A DNA stretch of 64,000 nucleotides from the NCBI GenBank assembly GCA_026003255.1, contig BPGX01000008.1, positions 5,266-69,265 of the forward strand, read 5' to 3'. Below the pieces are notes generated by a model, which saw nothing but the letters and a program-made list of their open reading frames with translations, was not told the DNA's origin and made no database searches. The number at the start of each line of letters is the position of its first letter. Positions within the stretch are counted from its first letter, which is position 1. This DNA is from Bacteroidia bacterium (GTDB lineage: Bacteria; Bacteroidota; Bacteroidia; B-17B0; Aurantibacillaceae). Made by a program: the position numbers and the translations under genes. Shown here piece by piece: positions 1 through 10,416 of the stretch.

Positions 1-1427
1 GTAGATATATTAAACTTTTTTTCGTTCATCTTATCATAAATCTCTCCATCTAATACTCTCCTACTCTCCTGTACAAATCTCTTAATGCTTACCCCTGTTT
101 TTAATTCAATATGCTTGGAAATCGCTAATGCTATAAAACAAATCAATATATGAAGTTGTATCGGCTCTTCTTTATAGTGATATATCGGTCTTGTCTTTAT
201 GTCGCTTTTTGATATCCTAAATGCTTGCTCTATTCTGTATAACTCATGATATCTTTCTATTATCATCCTATCATCTGCCACAGATGAATCTAAACTCGTA
301 TAATATCCTTTTATCCCAAGTAATTGTTTCGTCTTTTGTATAAGTTCTTCGTTCAACTCAACCTTTGATTCTGTCATTTTAATAAACTTTATTCTCTTCT
401 TCTTATGAGGATTTTCAAGTATATCTTTTGCTTTTTGAATTTGTTGTTCCATTTCATATTTGTCCTTGTGATATCTGGGTGTAGAATAACTACAAATTAA
501 ATCCCCTTTATCTGTTTTTATTCTAATACTATGCCCATTTATTCTTTCTAACTCTTTATCTATCTTATCTATTAACCACTTCGGTAAATTACCCAATCTC
601 GCTCCTACAATATAATCTATCTTATGCTTTTGAAGTTCTTCTATATTGGATTTGCTTATCATCCCTGCATCGGCAACAATAGTAACAGAAGAAATATTAT
701 GCTTTTGCATAAATCTTTTTACAACAGGAATAAGTGTATGACCTTCAAATGTATTCCCAGAAAATATATCATAACAAATCGGAAAGCCATCTTGGGTAAC
801 CATTAAAGCAACCAATATCTGTGGTTGATGCATTTTATTGTCTTTTGAAAAGCCATTTGCCCGCAATTTATCTTCTTCAAATGTTTCAAAATACAATGTA
901 GTAACATCATAAAACAAAAGATTAAAACTACATTGATAATGTTGTTTTACAAATTCCAATACTTTTCTTTCAGTAATGTTTTTTAACTGATAATGTTGGG
1001 GCACCAGTTTATAATAATTTTTACGAACATGTTGAATACCAAAATAATCTTCTATAAGGCGAATAGATTGCAATTTAGATGCAGGTTCAAATACTCTGAT
1101 GGTAGCCAAATCATTTAATAAATCAGGCAATACATTTAAGCCCATTAAATGAAGTATCTTGTTGATAGTGTTGTAGAAAAAACGATACTTAACCCCCAGA
1201 AAATTACAATTATCTAATGATACCAAAAGTGTAGATGGTTGTGGAAATAAAGAGAGTTGATGAGAATGCTTTTGAATCCATTGCTGAGCGAGATGTATCA
1301 TTTGTTTAAGTTCTGCCTCCGAATGAGCAGAGCCAATGTGTTTGAGAACGATGCGTTTGTTATTACGATAAGTTACAACTTGAACTGCTTTTGCATGAGA
1401 AGCCGTTGAAACCACTCTAACCTTCAT
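1..1427 (-). CDS. IS1634-family DDE transposase, C-terminal ~18 codons outside window
   Basis: Same reading frame and sequence as the complete 493-aa ORF 39297..40778. The ATG is at 1427. Confidence 0.8.
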   Translation of the reverse strand, partial: MKVRVVSTASHAKAVQVVTYRNNKRIVLKHIGSAHSEAELKQMIHLAQQWIQKHSHQLSLFPQPSTLLVSLDNCNFLGVKYRFFYNTINKILHLMGLNVLPDLLNDLATIRVFEPASKLQSIRLIEDYFGIQHVRKNYYKLVPQHYQLKNITERKVLEFVKQHYQCSFNLLFYDVTTLYFETFEEDKLRANGFSKDNKMHQPQILVALMVTQDGFPICYDIFSGNTFEGHTLIPVVKRFMQKHNISSVTIVADAGMISKSNIEELQKHKIDYIVGARLGNLPKWLIDKIDKELERINGHSIRIKTDKGDLICSYSTPRYHKDKYEMEQQIQKAKDILENPHKKKRIKFIKMTESKVELNEELIQKTKQLLGIKGYYTSLDSSVADDRMIIERYHELYRIEQAFRISKSDIKTRPIYHYKEEPIQLHILICFIALAISKHIELKTGVSIKRFVQESRRVLDGEIYDKMNEKKFNIS

Positions 1428-1529
1428 AAAAAAAATGCTTTAGTGCGGTAAAAAGCACTAATTTTAAGGAAAAACATACTGAAAATCAAATACTTAAAAA
1501 ATTAAAAAATAAAATGGGTACAAGTCGGG
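1..1529 (-). mobile_element. IS element, partial copy (about 69 bp of one end lies outside the window); IS1634-like (IS4 superfamily)
   Basis: Matches 39352..40880 (offset 39351) everywhere I compared by eye. The antisense ORFs 624..806 and 39975..40157 are identical. It ends in GGGTACAAGTCGGG at 1529, the same terminus as copy 2. Confidence 0.85.
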
Positions 1530-1763
1530 AAGTATTGCATTATTCCTCAAAAAGGAACCTTTGAATTAATATTCAATGTATTGTCCGAAAATAAATCTAA
1601 AATTATTATCGGCGATAGTTGTTCTTTTGATTTTGAAAGTTCTTTTAATAATCGTGCCTCTTTAGGGCTTAGTATTATTAAAGATTTAGCAGAAAGTTCA
1701 AATTTCGAAATCGTGTATCCAACACTAAAAGATGGCAAGTATATTATTCTTATTAGCCGATAA
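1530..1763 (+). pseudogene. 3' remnant of a gene truncated by the IS; weakly resembles a sensor histidine kinase HATPase_c C-terminus
   Basis: The frame is open from the IS junction (KYCIIPQKGTFELIFNV...) to the stop at 1761..1763. The motif RASLGLSIIKDLAESSNFEI resembles the G2 box / GLGLSIVK region of histidine kinases. There is no plausible start codon or promoter. Confidence 0.3.
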
Positions 1764-1778
1764 ATACATTGTCATAAT

Positions 1779-2894
1779 TTATAACATTGAAAGAATACTT
1801 AAAATTCTTTCTGTTGATCGACCATCCCACATAGGAATACTGTGTTGATAAAAATCCGTTTTATTTAATAAACGATTAACTTCCCGAATAATTTTACCAC
1901 TCTCAAAAGGTAAAAGTATATTACTGCCTTCCCATAAAGTAACTGGACGCTCTGTGCTAGGTCTTAATGTAATGCAAGGTATTTTCAAATAACTTGTTTC
2001 TTCTTGAACCCCTCCACTGTCAGTTATTAGTAATAAAGAGTCCCGAACTAATTTTTGAAAATTAATATACGACTGAGGTTGTGTTATGATTAAAGACGGA
2101 ATAGTATTCAAGGTATCCCACAATTGAAATTTCCTGAAATTATTAGCAGTGCGAGGATGAATAGGAAAAACAAAATGCTTTATCCTATCTGAAAATTGAT
2201 ACTGCAATGTTTGAAATAAGGAAATGATTTTCTTTAATCCCTCCTCTGTATCTACATTACCCGGACGATGTAAAGTAACAAGTGCATATTCTTTTGACCG
2301 AACGTTTAATTTTTCAAGAATCTTGGATTGTTGTATTTTATCCTGAAATGCTACCAAAGTATCAATCATTGTATTACCTACAAAAAAAATTTTATCCTCT
2401 GCTATACCTTCATTTTTCAAATTTATCACAGCATCCATTTCGGTTACAAAAAAATACTTTGTCATTCTGTCTGTCAATATTCTATTGTACTCTTCGGGCA
2501 TTGTATCATCAAAACTTCTTAATCCACTCTCTAAATGAGCAAGTGGAATATTCATTTTATTAGCTACCAACGCCCCAGCTAAAGTTGAATTCACATCCCC
2601 CACTACCATCATCAAATCTGGATAAAAAACTTCATTTATCAATTTTTCTAATCCCTTCATTATCTCCACCATCTGTGAAACGACAGACAAGTTAGTAGGT
2701 ATGTCCAAAAAATAATCCGGTTGTAAATCCAATTCTTCAAAAAACAGTTTACTCATTTCATCACTATAATGCTGAGAAGTATGTACAATCTTAATTTCAA
2801 GTGATGGATATTTTTCAGATAATGGCTTAAATTGTGTTACTTTAATAAAATTCGGTCTCGTTCCTACTACAATCAATATCTTTTTCTTACCCAT
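1779..2894 (-). CDS. wecB: UDP-N-acetylglucosamine 2-epimerase (non-hydrolysing family)
   Basis: 371 aa. N-terminal KILIVVGTRPNFIKV, HTSQHYSDEMS and DSGGVQEE are typical of the epimerase_2 family. Confidence 0.8.
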   Translation of the reverse strand: MGKKKILIVVGTRPNFIKVTQFKPLSEKYPSLEIKIVHTSQHYSDEMSKLFFEELDLQPDYFLDIPTNLSVVSQMVEIMKGLEKLINEVFYPDLMMVVGDVNSTLAGALVANKMNIPLAHLESGLRSFDDTMPEEYNRILTDRMTKYFFVTEMDAVINLKNEGIAEDKIFFVGNTMIDTLVAFQDKIQQSKILEKLNVRSKEYALVTLHRPGNVDTEEGLKKIISLFQTLQYQFSDRIKHFVFPIHPRTANNFRKFQLWDTLNTIPSLIITQPQSYINFQKLVRDSLLLITDSGGVQEETSYLKIPCITLRPSTERPVTLWEGSNILLPFESGKIIREVNRLLNKTDFYQHSIPMWDGRSTERILSILSML

Positions 2895-2899
2895 ATAAT

Positions 2900-3553
2900 T
2901 TACAATTTGGCTAATCGAGTAATTCCTCCTTTTACAACATCATTTAATAGAACTAACACTTCACTATCTAATGGCAAAAATACATCCACTCTCGAACCAA
3001 ACTTTATAAATCCCAATTCATCGCATTGTAATACATTACTATTCTCTTTGGCATAACAAACAATTCTCCTTGCTAATAATCCAGCAATTTGTCGAACTAA
3101 AATTCTCTTTCCATTGGAATGTTGAATAACAATTGATGTGCGCTCATTTTCAGTGCTGGATTTCGGATGCCATGCTACTAACTTTTTACCCGGATGATAC
3201 TTATAGTATTCCACTTTTCCATTTATTGGATAACGATTGACATGCACATTTATCGGAGACATAAAAATGCTCAACTGAATACACTCGGTTTTCAAATATT
3301 CGGACTCAAACGTCTTTTCAATAACAACCACCTTGCCATCGGCTGGCGCAATAACAAAAGCATCATCTCTTGTCCAATTTCTTACAGGACTTCTAAAAAA
3401 TTGTAAAATAATTATCAAAAGAAAAAAAGCACTAGTTATTAAAAAATACTTCAGAAAATCATTCTCCTGAAATGTATAAGCCAATGCCATTAATATTGCA
3501 TCTATAATCAATACTATAATTAAACTTGTATAACCTTCTTTATGAAATTTCAT
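2900..3553 (-). CDS. psd: phosphatidylserine decarboxylase (short form)
   Basis: The C-terminal FGSRVDVFLP with a GS cleavage-type motif and an N-terminal TM segment fit Psd. I prefer the internal start MKFHKEG (ATG at 3553) over the 3577 start, which overlaps the upstream gene. Confidence 0.75.
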   Translation of the reverse strand: MKFHKEGYTSLIIVLIIDAILMALAYTFQENDFLKYFLITSAFFLLIIILQFFRSPVRNWTRDDAFVIAPADGKVVVIEKTFESEYLKTECIQLSIFMSPINVHVNRYPINGKVEYYKYHPGKKLVAWHPKSSTENERTSIVIQHSNGKRILVRQIAGLLARRIVCYAKENSNVLQCDELGFIKFGSRVDVFLPLDSEVLVLLNDVVKGGITRLAKL

Positions 3554-3555
3554 AA

Positions 3556-4725
3556 TCAATCTTTTTTGGAAAAACAATAATCTAAAATTTCTTGAGCCAC
3601 TTTTTTAGCCGCATTACCATCACCATAAAATGGCAAGAATTTTTCAATAGAAACATTTTGCAAAGTAGAATACGCAGCTAATATCTTATCATAATCTGCA
3701 TCTGCTAATAAAGTAGTACCCGTGTCTAACAATTCTACCCATTCTGTTTCTGGACGAAGTACAATACAGGGCTTTTTAAAAAAATACGCTTCCTTCTGTA
3801 CACCTCCACTATCTGTAATAATCATTCTGCAATGTTTTTCCAACAACGTCATATCTAAAAATGAAACAGGTTCTGTTATCAAAAGATCTTTGCAAGAAGA
3901 AACAGATTGATATAAATCCTGATTTAATTGAATTGGTAACATCTTTCTTGTCCGTGGATGAAGCGGTAAAACAATAATTTGCTCTTTTGCAATTTCCAAT
4001 AACGCTCTAAAAATACTATTCAATCGTTCTTTTTCATCTGTATTGTTGTTTCTATGAATAGTGCACAAAATAAATTCTTTTTCTTCTAAATTTAATTTCT
4101 TAAGCACATTAGATTTTTGTTCTGCAACCTGAGAAAAATGCAAAGAATTATCATACATTACATCACCACTTAAAATAACCTTAGGATGGTTAATATCACA
4201 ATAATGCAGATGTAACTTAAACCCTTCTTTTTCTAAATTTTTCACTGCCTGTTGTGTAGGGCAAAAAAGTAATGTAGACGCATGGTCAGCCATGATGCGA
4301 TTAATTTCTTCTGGCATGGTTTTATTATACGAACGCAATCCAGCTTCTACATGAAAAACAGGTACAAGCAACTTAACTGCTGCAATAGCACCTGCTAACG
4401 TAGAATTTGTATCTCCGTATATCACCATTCCATCAGGATTTTCATGCATCAATACTTCTTCAATTTTTTCAATCATCTGTGCAGTTTGCTTTCCATGCGT
4501 ATTGCTTCCGACATTCAAATTATAATCAGGTTTAGGAATTTGCAATTCATTGAAAAACACCTGACTCATATTCTCATCATAATGCTGACCTGTGTGGACA
4601 ATAATTTCTTTTATTTTATCTGAATAGTGTTCCCTAATCACTCTACTCAATGCAGCTGCTTTAATAATTTGTGGCCTTGCACCTATTATGGTTATTATTT
4701 TATACATATTTATTAAATGTGCCAA
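3556..4725 (-). CDS. UDP-N-acetylglucosamine 2-epimerase paralog
   Basis: 389 aa. IITIIGARPQIIKAA, HTGQHYDENMSQVFF and DSGGVQKEA mark a second member of the epimerase_2 family. Confidence 0.8.
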   Translation of the reverse strand: MAHLINMYKIITIIGARPQIIKAAALSRVIREHYSDKIKEIIVHTGQHYDENMSQVFFNELQIPKPDYNLNVGSNTHGKQTAQMIEKIEEVLMHENPDGMVIYGDTNSTLAGAIAAVKLLVPVFHVEAGLRSYNKTMPEEINRIMADHASTLLFCPTQQAVKNLEKEGFKLHLHYCDINHPKVILSGDVMYDNSLHFSQVAEQKSNVLKKLNLEEKEFILCTIHRNNNTDEKERLNSIFRALLEIAKEQIIVLPLHPRTRKMLPIQLNQDLYQSVSSCKDLLITEPVSFLDMTLLEKHCRMIITDSGGVQKEAYFFKKPCIVLRPETEWVELLDTGTTLLADADYDKILAAYSTLQNVSIEKFLPFYGDGNAAKKVAQEILDYCFSKKD

Positions 4726-4799
4726 AAGTATTGAAAAATACGAAACGAGAAGAAAAATGTTTATTCTTTCATTTTTGAATTCAACAATTCATGCATAAC

Positions 4800-5990
4800 T
4801 CAAACAACCAGACCCATCAAATTTTTATACAAAGCATCCATTCTATTCACTAATATCTCATAAGAATATTGCTGAATAATTTGCGGACTTACCTTTTCTT
4901 CAATCCTTCTGTTTCTTTCCTCATACTCCGCCACTGCTTTTTCTAATGCATCCGCAAAACTCTCAACAGAAAAATCATCCACAATATATCCTGCTTCAGA
5001 ATGTACAATATCTTTTACTCCACCCACATTAGTCGTTACAATCATCTTTCCAGACGCCTGTGCTTCCAACAAACTTACAGGCGTTCCTTCATTTTTTGAA
5101 CATAATGCTACTATATCCATTCCAGAGTATGCCTCATCCATTTCTTTTATCCACGATGTAAAATAAACATCAGCAGACATATCTTCTGAACATGTTCTAA
5201 ATTTTAACCCTAACTCTTTTGTGTATTGAATTAACTCATTCTTCGTTTCACCATCCCCTACAATTAATATCTCCAATCTTTTATTTGTTCTACTTTTCAA
5301 TATTCTAAAGGCATCCAAAATCAACCTATGGTTCTTAATTGGCACCAATCTTCCAACAATTCCAATAACAACAACATCTTCAGGTATATTATATTGTTTT
5401 CTAAATTTAATTCTTTTCTCTTCTTTGTTTTCAGAAAACCTTTTCAAATCCAAGCCCAATGGGATAACTACACACTTTTGATTGGATACAACTCGGAATT
5501 GTTCTGTCAGTTCTCTTTTTTGTAATTCACTTATTGCTACAATGGCTGATGATTTATTGGCTAAATAACGTTCAATTCCAATAAACAATCTGGTTATCAA
5601 TGGATTAAAATAAGAATGAAACACATGCCCATGGAAAGTATGAACTATCACCGGTACTTTTTCTTGTATAGCTGCTATTCTTCCCAACAATCCTGCCTTT
5701 GAAGCATGTGTATGTACAATATCTGGTTTAAATTCTTTAATTAATTGTTTGATTTTACGATAGGATATTACATCATTTAAAGGATTGATAGATCTTGACA
5801 TTTCAGGAATAATTACTTGTTCAATATTCAAACTTTTTACAATATGCAATGAATCTGTTTCATGTTTTTCTGGAACTCCTCCTACCAATAAGGTAGTATA
5901 TTCCGAAGACAGGTATTTGGTCAAATACGCCGCATTATATGTAGGACCTCCCAGATTAAAACGATTAATAATTCTTAAAACTTTAATCAT
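4800..5990 (-). CDS. glycosyltransferase family 4 (GT-B, retaining)
   Basis: 396 aa. N-terminal GGPTYNAAYL and the C-terminal EGTPVSLLEAQASGKMIVTTNVGG E-x7-E motif fit GT4. Confidence 0.75.
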   Translation of the reverse strand: MIKVLRIINRFNLGGPTYNAAYLTKYLSSEYTTLLVGGVPEKHETDSLHIVKSLNIEQVIIPEMSRSINPLNDVISYRKIKQLIKEFKPDIVHTHASKAGLLGRIAAIQEKVPVIVHTFHGHVFHSYFNPLITRLFIGIERYLANKSSAIVAISELQKRELTEQFRVVSNQKCVVIPLGLDLKRFSENKEEKRIKFRKQYNIPEDVVVIGIVGRLVPIKNHRLILDAFRILKSRTNKRLEILIVGDGETKNELIQYTKELGLKFRTCSEDMSADVYFTSWIKEMDEAYSGMDIVALCSKNEGTPVSLLEAQASGKMIVTTNVGGVKDIVHSEAGYIVDDFSVESFADALEKAVAEYEERNRRIEEKVSPQIIQQYSYEILVNRMDALYKNLMGLVV

Positions 5991-5991
5991 A

Positions 5992-7812
5992 TTAGAGTTC
6001 TATAAAATTTTCAAATTTTCTAAACCAATGTTGAAATACAAGAATAGCCCACAATTTCAAAGAAGCATCATTTTCATTAGATGGTAATTGCTGGATTAAT
6101 TTCTGAATAATTGAATAATTGAACAATCTCTGTTCCTTGATATATTCTTCACTCAAACATTCTGAATTTTTGATAAAATGCGGTAAAATAGAATGCAACG
6201 GTATCTCAAATCCTTTTTTCTTCTTTTCAAAAATTGAAGATGGTAATAAATGAGAAAATGTTTTTCGAAGTAGATATTTTTGTTGCGTATAATGTATTTT
6301 GTTTTTAAATGGCTGATGAAATAAAAATTCTACCACTTCGTGGTCTAAAAATGGCGAACGTATTTCAACAGCATTCTGCATTCCGAAAAAGTCAATTTTA
6401 TATAACATATCATTTACCAATACAATCTCTGTATCCGCTCTATTAAATAGCTCAACATCATTTAATGTTTTATATTTTTCAAATAAACTATAAAAATAAA
6501 GATTATTTAATTTTATTGAAAATAGTTGATGAATGTAACTATCTTCAGCCCATTGTGATAAATAAATATATTGTGCAATTGAATTTAATTGCGATGAATA
6601 AGAAAACTTTTTCAACTTACGTATTGAATTTAAAAATGTACTACTTCTATTTTCTGGAAAAAACTTAAAAACAGGAGAAACAATCAAATTGATAAATTTT
6701 AAATAGGGAAAAAACTTGAGTAAAAAAACCTTATGTTTATTATATCCCATCAACAACTCATCCGAACCATCGCCTGAAAGAGCCACAGTAGCAAAGGGTT
6801 TAATCTTTTGACTTAAAAAATACACATTAATAGCCGAAGAATCAGCAAACGGTTCATCTATACAATCAAGTATTGAAGGTAATGTTTGAATCACTTCATC
6901 CACACTTATTTCAAAACTATGATGCACACTTTTAATATATTCTGCAACTATTAATGCATCCTTTGTTTCATTATACAATTTCAAATCCTTAAAACCTAAA
7001 CTAAATGTATGCAAATCCTGTTTATGTTGTTTAGCAATGGCACACACAACTGATGAATCTATTCCACCACTCAAAAACGCACCAATCGGCGCATCAGATA
7101 TCAAACGCCTTTGAACCGCTGTATGTAACAACTCTTCAAAATCATTGTTTTGTACAACATTATCAAGTGTATACCATTTTTGAACTTCAACACGATTGTT
7201 TTTAATATGAATATAATGACCTGGTAACAACCTTTTAATTCCTTTCAAAATACTATTTTCACCAGGAATATAATGCATACGAAAGTACGTATACAACACA
7301 TCATAGTCAATTGGTAATTTTTTTTGAAGTAAAATCAATAATGGTTGTATTTCCGAAGCAAACGTTAACACATTCTCATCATAAAAATAATACAAGGGCT
7401 TTTCACCAAATCTATCTCTTACAATAAAACATTCATTGTTCAAAACATCATAAAATGCAAAGGCAAAAAAACCATTCAATTCCTTCAAGCCATCTATTCT
7501 ATGTTTATCAAAATATTTTGCTAATACTATTGTATCGCTAAATGCATTATCAATTCCAACAAACTTTGCAATTTCCTTATAATTAAAAATCTCTCCATTA
7601 AATACCAAACATTTATTGTCATCCAACAAATAGGGCTGCTGACTTTGGCTTGTCAGATCAATAATTGACAAACGAGTGTGATAAAAAATAGCGTTTTCAA
7701 ATGCTTTGTATCCCTGTCCGTCAGGCCCTCTGTGTTTTAATGTACTCAATACTTCAGGTTGAAAATTGACCTTCTGATTATTGAAATATAAAATACCTGC
7801 AATTCCGCACAT
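5992..7812 (-). CDS. asnB: asparagine synthase (glutamine-hydrolysing)-family amidotransferase
   Basis: 606 aa. It has an MCGIAG N-terminal nucleophile Cys2 and an SGGIDSS PP-loop motif. The polysaccharide-cluster context suggests a sugar amidotransferase role. Confidence 0.75.
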   Translation of the reverse strand: MCGIAGILYFNNQKVNFQPEVLSTLKHRGPDGQGYKAFENAIFYHTRLSIIDLTSQSQQPYLLDDNKCLVFNGEIFNYKEIAKFVGIDNAFSDTIVLAKYFDKHRIDGLKELNGFFAFAFYDVLNNECFIVRDRFGEKPLYYFYDENVLTFASEIQPLLILLQKKLPIDYDVLYTYFRMHYIPGENSILKGIKRLLPGHYIHIKNNRVEVQKWYTLDNVVQNNDFEELLHTAVQRRLISDAPIGAFLSGGIDSSVVCAIAKQHKQDLHTFSLGFKDLKLYNETKDALIVAEYIKSVHHSFEISVDEVIQTLPSILDCIDEPFADSSAINVYFLSQKIKPFATVALSGDGSDELLMGYNKHKVFLLKFFPYLKFINLIVSPVFKFFPENRSSTFLNSIRKLKKFSYSSQLNSIAQYIYLSQWAEDSYIHQLFSIKLNNLYFYSLFEKYKTLNDVELFNRADTEIVLVNDMLYKIDFFGMQNAVEIRSPFLDHEVVEFLFHQPFKNKIHYTQQKYLLRKTFSHLLPSSIFEKKKKGFEIPLHSILPHFIKNSECLSEEYIKEQRLFNYSIIQKLIQQLPSNENDASLKLWAILVFQHWFRKFENFIEL

Positions 7813-9288
7813 TTAGTTTTTCTTTAAGAACGGTAATGAATAATATTTAGAGTATCGTATTATCACAAACAAAATAAACGTAAAAAGAAATAGATTATTC
7901 ACTACAATTTGAAGCATTGTATTAGATAAATGAATATTATTTACTAAAATAAAAATCATTAAAGCACTCGCACAATTTATAAATATCCTATCCATAAAAT
8001 AATTTACTTTAAAATATCTTTGACCAAGAAAATAAGACACCAACATCATAGAAGCATAAGCCGCCAACGTTGCCCACGCCGATGCAACATAAGAATACTT
8101 CGGAACAAAAATAAAATTAATCAACAAAGTTATAAACGCCCCAAACAATGTAATATATGCTCCAATCTGCGTTTGACCTGTCAACTTATACCAAAAAGAT
8201 AAATTAAAATAAATCCCCAAACACAAATTTGCCGTTAAAAGTACAGGCACAACATTTAATCCTATTCTATAGGAAGGTCCTATAAAGTATTTCAAAATAG
8301 GTAAATTTAAAATAGTTCCCAGCCATAATATTAAACCAAATGCCACAAATATATCCGTTGTTTTCGCATACATTTCTTTTGCATCAGAATTCTTGAAAAC
8401 CCTGAAGAAAAAAGGTTCAGCAGCATACCGATAGGCCTGAATGAAAATGGTCATAAGTATAGAAAGTTTGTAACACGCCCCATAAATGCCCTGTGCAGAT
8501 TGAGCTACATCAGGCGGCAATAAGTATTTCAAAACAATTCTATCAAATGTCTCATTCACCATCCCTGCTAATCCTACTACTACAAGCGGCAAAGCATACA
8601 ACAACATTGGTTTCAATAATGTTCTATCCCATTCAAAATGAAATTTTTTTATTAATGGAACAACTAATATCAGATTCAAAACATTGGCTAATAAATTACT
8701 CAAAAATGCATACCCAATCCCTATTTCAGGATTGTAAATCTTTGCCCACAAAGAAGAATATTGATTATCATAATGATATTTACATAATAGAAAAAAGAAA
8801 AGATTAAATCCTATATTAAAAACAACATTTGAAATTTTCAAAATAGAAAAAAACATTGCTTTATTGTTCTGTCGCAAATAAGCATAAGGCAATGCCAACA
8901 AAGCATCTGTCGCTAAAATACCTATTGTCCAGTAAATAAATATAGAATGTGAATAATGCAATAATTTTGTAATAGAATTTGTAAACATCAATAAAATCAA
9001 TGAAAACACAATAGTTGTAACCAACATTAAAGAATACGTTACATTAAAAATCTTTTGTGGATTAGAACTATTATTAGCAAAATGAAAAAACGTTGTTTCC
9101 ATTCCATAAGTAAACAATATATTCAAAAATGAAATATACGCATACATCTCTGCGTTAATACCATAATCCGCAGGATTAGTAAATAAATAAGTATATAGCG
9201 GTGTTAGTAAATAATTCAAAAACCTTGGTAAAATAGTTCCAAGACCATAAACCGCTGTTTGAGAAAACAATTGCCTTACAGAAGCCAT
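7813..9288 (-). CDS. polysaccharide/oligosaccharide flippase (Wzx, MOP superfamily)
   Basis: 491 aa and highly hydrophobic with many TM segments. It sits adjacent to glycosyltransferase and sugar-modifying genes. Confidence 0.65.
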   Translation of the reverse strand: MASVRQLFSQTAVYGLGTILPRFLNYLLTPLYTYLFTNPADYGINAEMYAYISFLNILFTYGMETTFFHFANNSSNPQKIFNVTYSLMLVTTIVFSLILLMFTNSITKLLHYSHSIFIYWTIGILATDALLALPYAYLRQNNKAMFFSILKISNVVFNIGFNLFFFLLCKYHYDNQYSSLWAKIYNPEIGIGYAFLSNLLANVLNLILVVPLIKKFHFEWDRTLLKPMLLYALPLVVVGLAGMVNETFDRIVLKYLLPPDVAQSAQGIYGACYKLSILMTIFIQAYRYAAEPFFFRVFKNSDAKEMYAKTTDIFVAFGLILWLGTILNLPILKYFIGPSYRIGLNVVPVLLTANLCLGIYFNLSFWYKLTGQTQIGAYITLFGAFITLLINFIFVPKYSYVASAWATLAAYASMMLVSYFLGQRYFKVNYFMDRIFINCASALMIFILVNNIHLSNTMLQIVVNNLFLFTFILFVIIRYSKYYSLPFLKKN

Positions 9289-9341
9289 CTTATTTCAATG
9301 CCCTAAAACTACTAATAATAAACAATAAAATGAAACTACGT

Positions 9342-10409
9342 TTACTCCTTTGCAAAATACGAACTAATAAATCTTTGCAACACAACAGGAAAAGGATATT
9401 GATGAATATCTTTCAAACTTATTTTCTTTAATTGAAAAGTATTATGCAATGACTCCAACGATACAATAATAAACTGAATAAATAAATTTTGATGGCTCAA
9501 AATGTGTTTAATCGGGGGATATAATGAAATAGATTGAAATGTAACATTTGCCTTATTTAAAAAATTTTTAATTTGTTTCTCTGAAAAAAGCTTATCCTTA
9601 CTTTCTTCAAGACAAAACTCATACAATCCTTGCCAAATATCTCCATCTTTTCTCTTTGAGATAAAAATATACTGATGATTTTCTATAAACACAAAATAAT
9701 TCAAATACCGATTTTGCTTTAAAACAGATTTAGATTTCACTGGTAATAAATCCACTTCATTTTTCTCAAATGCTTTGCAATATTTTTGTAACAAACAATT
9801 CCAACAATCAGGATTTTGCGGTGTACAATACGTTGCACCAAATTCCATAATCGCCTGATTATATGCTGATGGATTTTTTTTATCTAACAAACGACCTGCT
9901 AATTCTTTGAACATTTTTTTTCCTTCAGCAGAATCAATTGACGTTTGAATACCAAAAAAACGACTCAACACTCTAAACACATTTCCATCTAACACAGGAT
10001 ATGGTTGGTTGTAGGCAAAACTGGCAATGGCAGCAGCCGTATACTCCCCTACTCCTTTAAGTTTGAGTATATCCTCATATTGCACTGGGAATTTTCCTCC
10101 AAATTCATTCACTATTTGCCTGGCAGCATAATGTAAATTCCTTGCTCTTGAATAGTAACCCAGCCCTTGCCACAAATGAAGAACTTCATCCTCACTTGCA
10201 TTGGCCAGCGCTTTTATGTTCGGAAATTTTTCAATAAATTTTAAGTAATACGACAACCCTTGTTTCACCTGCGTTTGTTGTAAAATAATTTCAGAAATCC
10301 ATATTTTGTAAGGATCTTGTATATCTCTCCACGGCAAATCTCTCTTATTCACCTGATAATACTCAAGAATTTTTTTTCTGAAAAATGTTTCAACGTTTTG
10401 TGCTGACAT
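9342..10409 (-). CDS. mutY: A/G-specific adenine DNA glycosylase
   Basis: 355 aa. It has LPWR, the WISEIILQQTQV helix-hairpin-helix region, the 4Fe-4S Cys cluster C-x6-C-x2-C-x5-C (CTPQNPDCWNCLLQKYC) and a NUDIX-like C-terminal domain. Confidence 0.85.
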   Translation of the reverse strand: MSAQNVETFFRKKILEYYQVNKRDLPWRDIQDPYKIWISEIILQQTQVKQGLSYYLKFIEKFPNIKALANASEDEVLHLWQGLGYYSRARNLHYAARQIVNEFGGKFPVQYEDILKLKGVGEYTAAAIASFAYNQPYPVLDGNVFRVLSRFFGIQTSIDSAEGKKMFKELAGRLLDKKNPSAYNQAIMEFGATYCTPQNPDCWNCLLQKYCKAFEKNEVDLLPVKSKSVLKQNRYLNYFVFIENHQYIFISKRKDGDIWQGLYEFCLEESKDKLFSEKQIKNFLNKANVTFQSISLYPPIKHILSHQNLFIQFIIVSLESLHNTFQLKKISLKDIHQYPFPVVLQRFISSYFAKE

Positions 10410-10416
10410 TATTTAT

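Noticed and set aside
624-806. 60-aa ORF antisense to the transposase (also 39975..40157)
   Set aside because: It lies wholly inside and antisense to a well-supported transposase ORF and has low-complexity composition. It is identical in both IS copies only because the DNA is identical.
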